Below, piece after piece: positions 1-14,833 of a stretch of 64,000 nucleotides of DNA (positions are counted from its first letter, which is position 1; each line of letters opens with the position of its first letter). The position numbers and the translations under genes are program-made. This stretch comes from Eledone cirrhosa (taxonomy: Eukaryota), in NCBI GenBank assembly GCA_964016885.1, contig OZ024747.1, forward strand, positions 71,176,001 to 71,240,000, given 5' to 3'. The notes below the pieces were generated by a model. That model ran no database searches and had not been told where the DNA came from. It worked only from the letters and a program-made list of their open reading frames with translations.

Positions 1-857
1 GACTGGTATGCTGTTAACGGCACCAAACTAAAGTGATGTTTCGTCTGCGTTGTGGATATTCTCAGAAGAAAACTCGACAATACATATTTTACTAACACAC
101 ACAGTCGCTTCACGCTATGGAAACAAATAAGTACTGGCCTGATGAGCCTTGGGGCTCGAAAGAGACTTTAACTAACCTTGATTTTCCTTGATGCTTTTCA
201 TTTGATTTCTTGTTAATGTTTTAGTCGTTGTTATTCGAGGCTTGTAGACTCTCCGCGTCAATAAGTTGTGTTTGGTGTTCAACAGCTGGCATTTTCCGCA
301 TGTTTCAAATATCAACATATATGATAGAGACAAGCCATGCATGAAACAATTCTTTGGCGGTGTTCGTTGGCTCCTGTCTATTATATCTTTCATCGTTTTC
401 TGTATATAGTATATAGTATATAGTATGTAGTATATAGTACCAGTAAAATACTGAGACCGATATGATCAACTATATCGCACCACTTTCTGCTATTGTATGA
501 TCTCGTGTTAATGACAGAAAATGCTATTACTATTGTTACAGATATAACGAAGGCGATAACGACGTCATATGACCTTTACAAGATATATGTCACATCATTG
601 TACTTTCCAGAATGGCGTTTACTGACAGATAACGGAACGTCATCTATCTTAAACTAAATTCTGTTGAGATGAACGATAAGTCAATTCAAATCAAAATCAA
701 AGCAACTTTCTTGTTATTGCAATCCATCAGATTCATAAATTTCAATGATAATCCACGTTTATAAGCAAATACGTAATCTGAATTCATTCTTGGCTTATCT
801 GACATCAATATGGCTGAAATATAACAAATATGTTACATAACAAATACGCTATAACTG

Positions 858-889
<32 letters not shown>

Positions 890-1736
890 CACACACATAT
901 GTATATACATATATACATAGATACATATATATACATATATATGCACACACACACACACACACACATATATATTTAAATGTATATAAATACATACATATAT
1001 ATATACATTTACAAGTATATAGTTTTTTTTTTAAGGTTTCACCATAAAAAATTGCTTCTCGTTTTGCCTTGTTTCCGTCCTTTGTCTTGTCCTCTCTTAA
1101 TTAATTTTCTTAAGTTTATCAATACTAATTTGACGTTCGTGTTATCTCTTCTACTATTTATTTCAATGGCTTACGTTTTTAACGTTCTTGCTTTTTTCTT
1201 CCTTTCTTTTTTTTACCTTTTTCCCTTTGTTTTTTTTTTTTCATGACCCTCGTGTTATAAGAGGCACCACACTTTTCCCCTGGCATCATTTGTTTAGCTT
1301 AATTTCCTATAAATTAATGTTTTGTCTCATATTTCTTACACCACTGGATAGCGTTTGGCTTGTGGCAGACGCTGTGACCCGATTGGACCAGAAGTACCGT
1401 TGGTAGGGGTCGAAACTGCCAAAGTCCATCTCAGCGGACGATGAACATGGAGTTCTGTGTCCTTCGTTTCTATTTTTATTTTTAAATGTCTTTACTTTAA
1501 ATTCTTCATAAATACTTTGGTAGTGTTAAGGGAATCTATGTAAATGCGAAACCAATTTTATCATAGGATCAATAATACAAACAGGCGTGTGCTATACATA
1601 TATTTCAGAATGATTAATAAAAACTAATGAGATAATTATTTACATACAAATCATGACCAATGTTTATAGTACAATTTTCATTTTTTTATTTTTTTTTATT
1701 TGAATAATTCCTTGTAGCAGTTGTATTCCTTCATTA

Positions 1737-1920
1737 CGGTGGATTGGCAGTATCGGTAGAGGGTCGGACACCATGCTTTGCAGCAAAGAGTTACGGCCCT
1801 TTATGGTCTGAGTTCAAATCCCGCCGAGGTTAACTTTGCCTTTCATCCTCCCGGGCTCGATAAAATAAAGCAGCAGTAATACACTGGGATAATTGCTGGC
1901 CTTGTTCCAAAAGTAGAAAT
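1737..1920 (+). mobile_element. tRNA-derived octopus-type SINE (short-tail subfamily)
   Basis: TGGCAGTATCGGTAG A-box-like head, GAGTTCAAATCC B box, GCCTTTCATCC core, TGCTGGCCTTG tail. Confidence 0.85.
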
Positions 1921-2957
1921 AATTATTAGTGAAGAACTTCTCGCTCTTTGGTGTTCGTTTTCGGTGAAAATGGCATTAGCTATTAAAATCCATGGTGAAT
2001 TTACATCCCAACTCTCACCTTCATCTTTTTCAGTACCGTGCTGTTACATCTTAATTTTGAGCCCATTATATATTTTTTATACCACGCGACTCAAGTCACT
2101 CCAATATATTTTCATTTGTTTCATTAAATCCAATTTAGTGTACCAAGGCAACAATATTCTGATGAACGTGTTTTGTGTTGTTTTTTTTTTTGTTTTGTTT
2201 TTTTTTGGGGGGGGGGGGGGTTACTGAGTTTTCAATACCGAGGAAATTCACAATTGTATCTGGATAGATTTTACTCCAGACAAGTTTCATTTTCGTTGAT
2301 TTTACTTCTCACTATACCCCTGTCATTATAGTAAATTTAGTTTCACTACAATAGAAATTAATTTCTTAAAGATACATTGTAAGTATTACGCTTTGAATGT
2401 AACAATCGGCTCTTTGAATCAAGCTGGTTGTACTTAGAAGCAGAAAAACTACTTGACATCTAGACCATATGGGTAATCTAGAGCTTTGTCCACAAGAATA
2501 AAGACTTTATTTTCAAGGTCCTTAGTTTGACAATATTCATTTATAACTAAATATAAACACCAACCAAACATGAACACTGTTCAGGTGAGATAATCTTTAT
2601 ATTTGATGGGCCTATAACAGAAAGATGAGATTCAGAGTAGACTTTTATAGCTATTCGTGTCCCAGAATGATAAAACGCTCATAAAAATGTAAGTTATATT
2701 AATGCCATCAATAAATACCAAATTACTTTAAACGAATACGTATCACCTTCAAAAAGTCAAACAATATATATGTAAAAACCGATAAAACTAAAAATGGATG
2801 CAAGTCAGTTAGAAATAGATACAGTTGTTTACTGTTAAGCAATATAAAGATGTGTATCGGATTAGCCGATAACACATTTAACTTTAAAAGTATATACTGT
2901 ACATCCATCGTTTAAATCCAGAAACAAGGGAAAAGCTATATTTTTTAAATATATATA

Positions 2958-3706
2958 CTAGCGGCCTGCTGGGTTTCGCCCCGTTCTGTACTGTACTCAG
3001 ATCTATTCATAAGGCACTTATTGGCATCTATCGTAATGCCTGTATTCCTTAAGATAAAAGATGCTAAAAGGTATTTAAGTATTGCATAATAATTAAAACA
3101 ATTATTTAGAATATCTAAATACAGAAAGTAATAAAGATAATAATAGAAAAATGTATTCTACAAAAATTATAAAACATTTACTGAACTTCAGTATATACAA
3201 TGTCTTAAACTTTTTTTCTTCGAAATATATATGAAGAGTTTGTTGGGACTTCCTACTCTAGAACAGCCTACATACAATTGACCTTGTGAGAAACAGCCCT
3301 CTTCTAGATGGAGACAAACAACCTGCAGTGTTTGACCTTTGGGGCTAGTTAATGGTCATTGCGTAACTGACACTCACTGGGAATTGTAATCGTTTGAAAC
3401 GAAAAGGGACATCTGTTAGTATTAGCGGTATTTTAGGTATATATGCAATGTCTCCCTTTCCACACCCAATGACGAACGGACGGACAGGCAGACACGGCTC
3501 TTATTATAGTGTATATTATAGAAAGAGCAGTAAATTCTCCCCACCACGCCCCCATTCTGCTTTTAGAGAAAAGTCGATGCCTAACATGTCGGAGGTCAGA
3601 TTAGTTGAAAACACGAAAAATCTTAATTATTACTAATTTTGTATAGTGTTATTAGAGGTGAACGTACCAACAGACTTCCTTTTTATAAGTATTATATATA
3701 GAGAGA
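2958..3706 (-). mobile_element. Non-autonomous Helitron-like element
   Basis: The minus strand has A|TCTCTCTATATATAATA...hairpin GGGGCGAAACCC...CTAG|T termini, plus an internal second 5'-end-like block with GTCT/GTCC repeats at ~3470-3522. Confidence 0.6.
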
Positions 3707-4094
3707 TCTAATATATATGTGTGTGTATGTGTGTGTGTGTTTGTATGTGTGTTTGTGTGTGTGTATGTGTGTGTGTCAGGGTGTGCGAGTGTGCGTCTGT
3801 ATTTGTATGTTTACATGGTAGAAATAAAAAAAAAATCTGATGATAAAACGAAGCCTTATTGTTGCAAAGTTAAGGATTTATAACGAGCCCAGTAGTTACT
3901 CCCCTTTATGAACACGCGAAACAAAAGCCACCTAAACCCATATGGTAATATCCTGATAATGAGAGGAGTAACTGGTCACGTTTGGGGATCCAGCCAGATC
4001 AGTTGGAGACGGTTGCTTTTGACAGGACCCGCTGCTATGATTGTTTGAGGACTTGTGTGTCCCCCCCCCCCGCCCCCTCAGGAATAAGTGAGCA

Positions 4095-4156
4095 AAGAAG
4101 AAGAAGAAGAAGAAGAAGAAGAAGAAGAAGAAGAAGAAGAAGAAGAAGAAGAAGAA
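4095..4156. repeat. (AAG)n microsatellite
   Basis: About 20 units. Confidence 0.95.
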
Positions 4157-5184
4157 TAAGAAACCGTATCTTCGTGATTTACTACAAAACTATAAACTTC
4201 TAACTTTCCAACATAGAGTAGTCTATTCATATGAATATATAAATATTCAAGCTAAATATCAACGGTATAACTGTCATTTATATGTGGTGAAGGTGACGCC
4301 TGAGAAGCTGTACAACTCTGTTTAACTTATATATAAAATCAGAATATTTTGTTGATGTCTTACAAACGTACAATAATTTAGAAAGACTGGCTACTTAAAA
4401 CAACATTCGATGGCAAGATAATTAGCTACATTTTTATGTTATTTTCAATTTATTTGAATGGTGTATCCACCAAAGATTACTATATATATATATCCATCAA
4501 ACTCAATGATAATTTGTGATGCCAGCTAACTTTAGTACGAAATAATTTAAAAAATTTCAACTTCAAAGTGAAGGTTACAAATGGAAATATTTTCATTTGG
4601 AGGCAGTAAATATATCGTTTACTGTTTTGTGTTCTAGTTTTATACCTCGCCAATAAAAAATAAATGAAATACCACTAATATATGTTTACGACTGGCAATC
4701 TTCTTTAGATATCACGTTTTAAATGAATAGAAACACTTCTAGTTAATGATGGAATTGCTGTGTTCTGATCACATCAAAATCAACAAATAAAAACAGTACA
4801 AATATTGCCAACATCAAAAACATATAACTTCACACATTATAAGTGTGTATGTTTATATTTGTATGTATGTATGTAGGTGTGTATGTAGGTATGTATGTAG
4901 GTAGGTATGTATATATGTAGATAAGTAGGTAGTTAGGTATGTAAGTATGTATGTATGTGTGTATGTATGTATATGATTGCAGGTAATATATATATATATG
5001 TATGTATGTTCGTATGCGTGTAAATCATACGTATTATATAATATGTGTGTGTGTGTGCGCGTCACTGTGCGCATGTGTGTACATACGCGTGTAAAGATAT
5101 ATGTGCCTAAATTCGTATATAAGAATGTACGTCTGTCAGCACTCAAACATTTATACAGACACACACAAACACACATGCATATAC

Positions 5185-5234
<50 letters not shown>

Positions 5235-5288
5235 CATATTTTTTAATTCTTTTATTCTTTTACTGATTTCTGTCATGTATACATACAT

Positions 5289-5410
<122 letters not shown>

Positions 5411-5633
5411 GAGAGAATTGGGAGTGTGTAACACTCCACTTATCAAATCTTAATCTTATTCTTATTTTTATGTTTATTTTATTTTACTCCTCTTATTTTA
5501 CTCCTCTTATTTTACTCCTCTTATTTTGCTCCTTTTACTTTACTCCTTAAACTCCTCCCAACTTATGGTATCCCCACATATATTCTTCTGTTTTGGCTTT
5601 GTCAATGCTTGTATACTTTGTATTTACTCTTTA

Positions 5634-5679
5634 TGCTCTGAAGAGTCCCACTTCTAGTGTGGACGAAACACTGTTAGCA
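5634..5679 (+). ncRNA. Type I minimal hammerhead ribozyme
   Basis: TGCT-CTGAAGA-GTCC(cac ttcta gtg t)GGAC-GAAA-CA c TG-T-T-AGCA. Stem I TGCT/AGCA, stem II GTCC/GGAC, short stem III, GUU cleavage triplet. Confidence 0.85.
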
Positions 5680-5723
5680 AGTAAAGATATACCTATGTTC
5701 TAAGCGCTCTTTGTTGTTAATTG

Positions 5724-5757
<34 letters not shown>

Positions 5758-5903
5758 ATATCCTTGGTGTCACACCTTATTAATTTCTGTGTTTACTCTG
5801 GACGATAATATTTAATTTCTCGTTCCATTGATTGCTTTGTGATTGCATCAAACAACTCGTTTAGTACTTGCGGCTACAACTTCGATTCATACCGAATATA
5901 CAT

Positions 5904-6053
<150 letters not shown>

Positions 6054-6080
6054 CACTGGAATCTGAGTATTATTATGAAC

Positions 6081-6127
6081 ATTCGAAAAACTGAGTTGAC
6101 ATTTATTGTAGAGCGATAAACTATTTG

Positions 6128-6179
<52 letters not shown>

Positions 6180-6224
6180 AATAGTTTATCGCTCTACAAT
6201 AAATGTCAACTCAGTTTTTCGAAT
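6081..6224. repeat. Inverted repeat, 50-bp arms around a (TA)n spacer
   Basis: ATTCGAAAAACTGAGTTGACATTTATTGTAGAGCGATAAACTATTTGTTA and its reverse complement (1 mismatch). Confidence 0.95.
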
Positions 6225-6429
6225 ATATATATATATCATAATGGGGGCGGTAAAAACCAGTTAGACCATTACTATCCAGAATACTCCATACTTGGGGTAG
6301 TAGATTGGGTAATATGAAAAAATCGGGACCCCAATGTTTGAGCTCCGGCCGTTTCAACAGCTAGATCCGAACATCCAAACTTTTCATCTATATAAATATA
6401 TATATATATATATATAACATAACCGTAAC

Positions 6430-6461
<32 letters not shown>

Positions 6462-6774
6462 ATGTCTTTATGCGTGTGTGTGTTTTTGTTGAAATGTTTA
6501 CCTTCCAAAAAAATGACCATTATAATAGGTGACCACTGTACATAATAATTGACAGCAGCACCTCCATTTTTTCATCGGGGGTATTTTATCCAATACAAGT
6601 AATTTGTTATACTGGTTATTTACGTTAGGGCGCACACATTTTAAATTACTGTGTTTGCCAATGCTTCTTAAATTAACTGCTTTAAAAATATGTATATGTG
6701 TATGTATTTATTTATCTTAATAAAGTTTACATGAGTTGATTTTAGTTCAGTTCGATAACTATCATTTTATATAT

Positions 6775-7480
6775 ATTGATATAGAGAGGAGGATTGGAAG
6801 CGTGTTCAGTGTAGTAGATTTAGAAAGAGGGAGAGTTTGATGTTAATCGATATAGAGAAGAGATTGGGAGAGAGTGTTGTACGGTTGTTGTAGTGAGCGG
6901 GAGAGTTTAGTGGTAATGAATAGAGTGAGAAGATTTATAGAGATAGGTATTGATAAATATAGAGAGGGAGGAGTTTGGTAATATGGATAGAGTTAGAGCA
7001 AATAAGAGAGAGTATTACATGATAGATATAGAAGGGGGGGGGATTTGGTGGTAATTAATATAGAGGCGAAGATTGGGAGAGTGTGTTGTATATTAGATAT
7101 AGAGAGGTGAGAGATTGATATTGATTGATATAGAGATGCGAATTGGAAGAGAGTTCCATGTAGTAGATATAGAGAGGTAGATCTAAATATTGGTGTTACT
7201 TGATATAGTGTGGAGGATTGGGAGAGAGTGTTGTATGGTTGATGTAGAGAGTGGGAGAGTTGGTGGTAATGAATAGAGTGAGAGGATTGATAGCGATAGG
7301 AGAGAGAGTTTTGCATGGTAGATATAGAGAGGGTGATAGTTGGGTGATAATTGATATGGAGAAGCGAATGGGGAAAAACTTTTGAATAGTAGATATTGAG
7401 GCTGAGAGAGTGTAAAGGTGATTTATATAGAGAGATAGAGATTGGGAGAGATACATACAGATATAGAGAGGGAGATACTA
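6775..7480 (+). repeat. Purine-rich degenerate satellite (~36-bp subunits, ~72-bp dimer)
   Basis: Recurring GTAGATATAGAGAGGG-GAGAGTTTGGTGGTAATT alternating with GATATAGAGAGGGG-ATTGGGAGAGAGTGTTGTATG. Confidence 0.85.
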
Positions 7481-7511
7481 ATTTATTATGACTAAGTAAT
7501 GCTCCTTATTA

Positions 7512-7552
7512 TTCTGTAGTTTCACCTGCCTACTCACAGGATCATCAGAGAA
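7512..7552 (-). ncRNA. Degenerate hammerhead ribozyme
   Basis: TTCT-CTGATGA-TCCTG/CAGGT-GAAACTA-C-AGAA; the GT of stem III is missing. Confidence 0.45.
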
Positions 7553-7582
7553 GACTAGTGATCCTGTGAGTGCACAGGTGAG
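7521..7582. repeat. Short hairpin overlapping a hammerhead remnant
   Basis: TCACCTG..ACTCACAGGATCA / TGATCCTGTGAGT..CAGGTGA with a 14-nt loop. Confidence 0.85.
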
Positions 7583-8061
7583 ACTTGAGAATAACAACAC
7601 CCACTAATAGCGTCAATTAATTTATGTGTATATATTTTTTTAAGCAGACTGTATTTTGATTTAGATGTCACAGAAACTCTACATCGAATTTTAACAGCAA
7701 TTCCGGGAGTCCAGGTCTGGTTATCATTTATTTTTTTATCATTTATTTTGTTTTGACCTGTTTAGCTTGATTTGGTTTTTGGCTTGGGTGATTCATGCCA
7801 CCTTGACCACCTTTTCAGTTTAGCTCTGGCTTTTAACTATTGAGCACTTTGCCAGTATCATTTCTGATTTTTGCGTTTCGCTTCGCCTTTCCTGCCCGCC
7901 GAAATGCGATTCTCGCTGAATCTTTATTTGTATTTTTATTTGTATATATATATATATGAGATGAATAAATATATACCAGTTTCTTACTTATTGTGAACAA
8001 GCTCCATATATTAACACTCGAGGAAAGGATACAGAGCATAAATGTATTTTTATTATATATA

Positions 8062-8257
8062 TAAGGAGGCGCTGGAGGGAGGGCATGCCCCATCCCCCAA
8101 TAATTTAATACTTTTTCCCCAAACTACCAAAACACATCTATTAGGATATGCGCTACAATTTATGTACATGTTATGTTTATCGCATATCGAAGTTTTCTGA
8201 CCATTATAGAGTGCAAAGAGCTAAACTAATCACTACAGCCAAATTGACTAAATTTAC

Positions 8258-8258
<1 letters not shown>
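8062..8258 (+). mobile_element. Non-autonomous DNA-transposon-like module B (copies at 45105-45512 and 53760-53969)
   Basis: Shared TACAATTTATGTACATGTTATGTTTATCGCATATCGAAGTTTT and TAAACTAATCACTACA. The 53.9-kb copy ends CTTCCACCACCCCTG, a hAT-like terminus. Confidence 0.6.
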
Positions 8259-8348
<90 letters not shown>

Positions 8349-9490
8349 TATATAGATATATATATAATCATAGACATACACACACATATGTATGTACTTA
8401 TAAATGTATGCATATCTCATGCACATATATATGTTCAAGTATGTGAAAATGTATGTATGTCTATATATGTATGAATGTATGCATTTAAGTATGTATGTAT
8501 GTATGTATGTATGTATGTATGTATATATATATGTGTGTGTATGTATGTATATATGTGCGTATGTGTCTAGCGTAGCTTGAATAATAGCATATCCGTTAGA
8601 GTGATACTTTGACATACCATAGGAGGAAAAAATAAATAAAAGAGCTGCTGTTAAATATGACAAAGCGTATCACGTGACCTGTCACTCAACGGAATTGTTT
8701 TGTTACCAATGTTCTTTGGTCATCTTGATTTACTTCCTTGGCTCATACCGCAAAATGCAACAACATGTCAGAAGTTCAAATTATGAAAATGTTGCTGGAC
8801 ACAAGGCGTACACGCACATATACATCTACATCACATTCATATATATTCATATATGTAGAAATACATGCACACACTCATGCAGAAGTATAGAATGGATGCT
8901 GATGATGTCTCCTGAGTGGACACATTTGTAATGTTTTAATGTTTTTAGAATGTCAGAAGAAAATGTTCACGTGGTTTGATGGATGATGTCAGTAGCGTGC
9001 GAAGTATGTCCGAGAAATTTAACTGGACAACAAATCTAGCATGACCTACATGCTGTAGGTGTATGGCTGAAATTACCCACAATACATAAGTGTGAAACAA
9101 CTACTACAACACATTTATGTCACCCGGGCTAATAAGGGACCCTTTATGTATTCACTCGATTTGGTAGCTGCCAAATTTCCTTCAAATTTCACCCCACCAT
9201 CTTTAAAAAAAAGTACACGTTTGCCAATGTAACCCTCGGAACCCTGAACATAGGAAGAAAACGTGAGGGCCTTAAATAGAATACATTTGATTATAGGTTT
9301 GCAAGGTCAGGATTTACCTATGTCACCAGTGAAGGAGCTTCTGAATGATTGTTTTATCTACTATAAATAGCACCCAAATTTCCTCTTAAATGTTCATTCT
9401 ACTATATTAAATAAGGTGCAAAAATAGGTAATGTTGAAATAGCACTTTTAAAACGACGATTTGGCAATCGCTAGAATACCTTTGATCATA

Positions 9491-9579
9491 CGTTTGCACT
9501 GCTACATGGTCACACGACCACGTTTGCACTGCTACATGGTCACACGACCACGTTTGCACTGCTACATGGTCACACGACC
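9491..9579 (+). repeat. 30-bp tandem repeat x3
   Basis: CGTTTGCACTGCTACATGGTCACACGACCA x3, directly preceding the dispersed CTGCTAGAAATAG repeat. Confidence 0.95.
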
Positions 9580-11309
9580 TGCTAGAAATAGTATCCATAT
9601 TTGCCTCAAACTACATCCTACCGCCTTAAAAATGAATATAAACTCTCAAAGAATAGACAGAGGTATACTTCCACTTAATTTGCAACATAAATATTGATAA
9701 TTCACAGTGGAGAAATGTCTGGAATTTATATGGTTGAGGTTCCGTCAGTCGGAGTGAATTTCATATATTACTGATAACCTTTTTCCCTGACCATAAAAGA
9801 TTTTAAAAATCAAAACTGATTTGAATATCAACTCTGGGAACCCACTATTCTGTCATAACAACACTAATTTCTTCAATATTTCCACTTTTATTGATCAAAA
9901 CGTTCAGATCGATAGAAATAAGAGCCACTAATTTATCGGCATTTATTCAGGAGAATGTTCATGTACAAGTCAAAATTCTTTGATATTGTCAAAATTCACC
10001 ACCCAACTTTTTTCCGGATTTATCGAGGAACTTATCTGTATTTTGTTAACTGCATGTTCATCCGGGTAAATTTAGCTTTAATTAACAGCAAGGACACACT
10101 TTCAATTTACCGAACAAACGTCCAGTGAGGTAATATAATTACATATCTCCAGCTCGCATTGATTCTAGCAAGGAAGAAATAGATTTATCTAATCAATGAT
10201 CCGGTTTTGTATGATTGAAGCAGCACACTTCACTTAGGTTGTCCATGTCGTTGAAAAGCTTATGAACGTCGAACTGTTTTATTGTTCAATAAATTTGAAA
10301 CCTGATCTCTGAAATTAAACTATACACCAATTGTATGTCATTACAGTTTGTTCAATCCCCACCTCTTTACATAAATTTCAGTAACGGTCATGATGAGCAA
10401 ATATATTGTAGTGCCTTTTCCTTGCCTATTCAAGAGCCACTTAAGGATTTAAATTCAAATCGCTAAACCTCGCGACATACTCGTCGATTATATAGCATTG
10501 TTTCATATTTAGTTGTGATACACACCTGAAAAATGTTATCTTGTCAGAAATACATCTGCTAGAAAAAGTGTCAATCTTTCAGTGTGGAATTCTGGAAGTT
10601 GTGGTGCTTATATTTATTTACATGGACAACATAACCTCCAGAAAGAAACGTATGATTTTATATACAGTATTTATGCATATTCATTATCCTACAACTTACT
10701 CATATCATTTTCTATCAAAATTCCGCTTATAGTAGAATACGAATAAGGATGAGTTATCCTTTTAGTCATCCCAACTCCTCTCTTGAGATCCCTATTAAGT
10801 CGATATTCTAAAACCAACAATATGGTGCCTACGATATTGAAGCATAAATACCTATCTTACAAACCCAAATTAATATTTTTGTTAGGAATCAAAATAATAT
10901 GTATGAAACAATAAAATAATTGTTTAATGTAAGTATGTGTATGTGTGAGTATTTGTTGGTGTCTCTGTGCACATGGGAATGAGTGCTAGGGTTGGTGATT
11001 CTGTGTGTCTGTGTTTGTGCATGTATATGGGAATTAGTATTAGTTGCAAATAGACAGGACGTTAAGAAGGTAGGTTGCACGAACAAAACATCATCATCTG
11101 TAGTGTTAGTAAAGAGTAATTGAGCTATCTCTTCCAATATATAGGAAATAAATTAGAGCTATTGCTGTTGTTAGAGGCCCTCGCAGATATGTCTGCGAGC
11201 CAATGTACAGAGAGCCAATTTCACTAGCTATTCCTACGATGCGAAAGTATCATGAACCCAGATGAACCAATATGACCACAGCAAGACCTAAATGTAATTT
11301 ACATACGAG

Positions 11310-11700
11310 ATGAAGATGGCATCTTGCAATGTAACGCTAGGAAATATCAAGTCCTACGTGTTTAGTTCACAAACACTAAAATACTGCAACCAAGTTACAC
11401 AGAAGCAGGTGGAGTTGAAATCCAGACGTCCCAACTTGAGCATGACTTGCAGATCAATATGTGTACTGATGCATTTAATGTGTAAAGACTACGGTGTGCA
11501 AACAACAGGACGAAAGAAATCTAATACAAGAAGCGAGAATCCCATAATAGTCCTACGAAGAACATTTGTGTTTAGCCGCCTGAGGTATATCTGAAATCTA
11601 TAGTCACCTCAATAAATGGAGAATGCGAAGAAGTCCAACTCGAAACAATAGTTGAACAACAAGAAACCGCTGAAAATATTAAATTCCATAGATCGAAGCG
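11310..11700 (+). pseudogene. Decayed Penelope-like element linker/GIY-YIG endonuclease fragment
   Basis: The translation ...KYCNQVTQKQVELKS...MTCRSICVL(M)HLMCKDYG...GR resembles the PLE pattern CxxC...MTC-S-NV-Y-I-CxxC...YIG-T. It ends at a (TA)n/(CA)n tract. Recognised by eye only. Confidence 0.45.
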
Positions 11701-11749
11701 AGGATATATATATATATATATATATATATAAACACACACACACACGCAC

Positions 11750-11816
<67 letters not shown>

Positions 11817-11856
11817 AGATAATCCAGCTATGATTAATATATATATATATATACAA

Positions 11857-12054
11857 AACGAAGGAGTTGTGGTAAGTAACCAGATGGACCATAATGCACC
11901 AGAGTACTCAATACTTAGGGTAGTAGAGTGAGAAATAGGAAAAAGTATGACCCCGACGGCAGAGCTCAAGCCGTTTCGACGGCTATTTCGACCACTATTT
12001 CAGTCCAGAAATAGCCGTCGAAACGGCTTGAGTTCTGTCGTCGGGGTCATACTT

Positions 12055-12060
<6 letters not shown>
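11857..12060 (+). mobile_element. (TA)n-embedded ~200-bp repeat family with terminal palindrome (further copies at 6240-6390, 12150-12303, 14755-14823, 28779-28878; inverted at 16085-16180)
   Basis: Shared AACCAG(A)TGGACCAT..CCAGAGTACTC..GGGTAGTAGAGTG..GAAAAA..GACCCC blocks. Confidence 0.7.
11939..12058. repeat. Palindrome, 51-bp arms, 18-nt loop
   Basis: GAAAAAGTATGACCCCGACGGCAGAGCTCAAGCCGTTTCGACGGCTATTTC and its reverse complement with 2 differences. Confidence 0.95.
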
Positions 12061-12130
<70 letters not shown>

Positions 12131-12299
12131 ATATGTGTATGTGTGTGTAGTATAAACCAGAATGGATGAATTAAAAACTAATTAGGACGTTACTCACCAG
12201 AGTACTCGCTACATGGGTGGGTAATATGAAAAATGTCTAAACCCCGACGGATCTAACTGTTGCAACGGCAGGAGCACAGCCGTCGGCGTCAAGGATTTT

Positions 12300-12362
<63 letters not shown>

Positions 12363-12671
12363 GGAAAAAATGAAACGAAATTTCATTTCCCACTCTTAGT
12401 ACGGCTGTTACTTAAATATAAGTATGTACACGTACATACATATATGTATACAGACGTACAGTAGTATGTATATATATATACATACATGCACACATATATA
12501 TATATGTACGTATGGATTCACCGAACATTTATTATAATGCTCGGTGTGTTTGTAAACAAACATCCCGTATTAAGCCGTAGTGTCCAGCAACCATCGTTGC
12601 TCGTTTGTTCAACACTGACAAAGGAACGCTGTACTAGTTTCAAGCTTATTAGCTATCGTCATATATATATA

Positions 12672-13416
<745 letters not shown>

Positions 13417-14314
13417 CATATCTCATTTTGTTTGACCCGTTTAGCTTGTTCGCTTTTTTGGCTATGGTGGCTATGGCTTCTTAACCATCGTCTCAGCGTG
13501 TATGACCATTTTAACTTATGTTTATAGCTCTGCTATCCTCTTCACATGCATGGAGCGCTTGTCTGCACATTATTGAAGTTGCGTTTCGCTAATTTCTACC
13601 CGCCGAAATGCGATTCTCGCTAAATTATATCTATATATATATATATATATATTGCATGCCGGAATGTATTGTATAAAATGTATACAGTTTTCTCCAGGAT
13701 CACTGTAACAATCCCAATATCATAAGAGATAAGCAAGCAGCTAAGACGATAGGAGTTTGGGATGCGCTGAACAATTCTTAATTTAACAAAACTACTATGT
13801 CAGAAGTGTGGAAACATAAGACCAACCTGGTTGCGAGTGTTCCAGCAGATTCGATGAACAGGTCAGCCAGCTCGTGAAATCAATGTGCATATAGCTATGC
13901 ATTCAGGTGTACAGTGCATATAGCTACAGCGTCACGTGTACAGGTTGAAGCTAGCCCCTTTGAATTACAAACGGAATTTGAAGTCCCGGCCTTACGACCG
14001 TGAGCCGAACATTGAAAACACTAAACCACACATCGCTATACGTACTGTTAAAAGTTGCGATGCCGATCGGAATAACAGCTGTTATGTACAATGAAAAGCA
14101 ATAGAGAAAATATATCAAGTGGCTCTTCTAACTAGCTGCAAATATGAAATATATGGTTCAGAAAGAATTAATAATGTATCTCTAGTTAATTTCGTATTAT
14201 ATACAACAAAGAAGCGTAGAGTTTTGTAGTTGTGCATACACAATCACAAAAAAAATGTTACTAGATGCAGAACAGGTATTTTCGTCGAGGAAACATTATA
14301 TATTATGTATGCAC

Positions 14315-14350
<36 letters not shown>

Positions 14351-14433
14351 CTCTCTCTATTTCTCTCTCTCTCTCTTACTCTCTCTCCTTCTCTCTCCCT
14401 CTCTCTCTCTCTCTCCCTCTCCCTCTCTCTCGT

Positions 14434-14473
<40 letters not shown>

Positions 14474-14833
14474 TACACACACACACATATCTCTGTGTGT
14501 CTGATTTGTTTTGTTAGTTTGGTTTTTGTGTTCTGTATGTCTTTATTTTCTCTTTAATTACTAGTTGTGATGTTGCTATTCCACTCAGGTTTTCTGTTTA
14601 ATTTTGGTTGGAGTTCGTTTATATTTGTCTGAGCATTACATCTTTACTGTGTGTGGATATAATTGTTATCTCTATGTTCTCTAATGTGCCCCTATCTTCT
14701 ATTTTGGCATGTTTGTGGAGTTCTGATGAGTTTTTCCCATCATGGTTAAATTATAAAGAATCGGGACCCAATGGCTGAGCTCTTGCCTTTTCAACAGCTA
14801 GTTCCAGAGTCTGGAAATAGCTGTATATATATA

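Noticed and set aside
25-75. Minus-strand CTGAGAA...GACGAAAC hammerhead-like remnant
   Set aside because: Altered core and no supportable stems I or III.
100-175. CTGATGAGCCTTGGGGCTCGAAA as a hammerhead
   Set aside because: Stem II would consume the GA of the core, and there is no stem I or III. The context (AGTCGCTTCACGCTA..GACTTTAAC) resembles an ordinary SINE tail.
1370-1440. GACCC/GGGTC-GAAAC..GTC as a complete hammerhead
   Set aside because: The upstream CTGANGA box is absent; only the 3' half fits.
1737-1830. tRNA genes at SINE heads
   Set aside because: A/B boxes are present but there is no cloverleaf, and they are always attached to the SINE core.
9491-9579. 30-bp repeats as a CRISPR array
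   Set aside because: Head-to-tail with no spacers, in a eukaryotic context.
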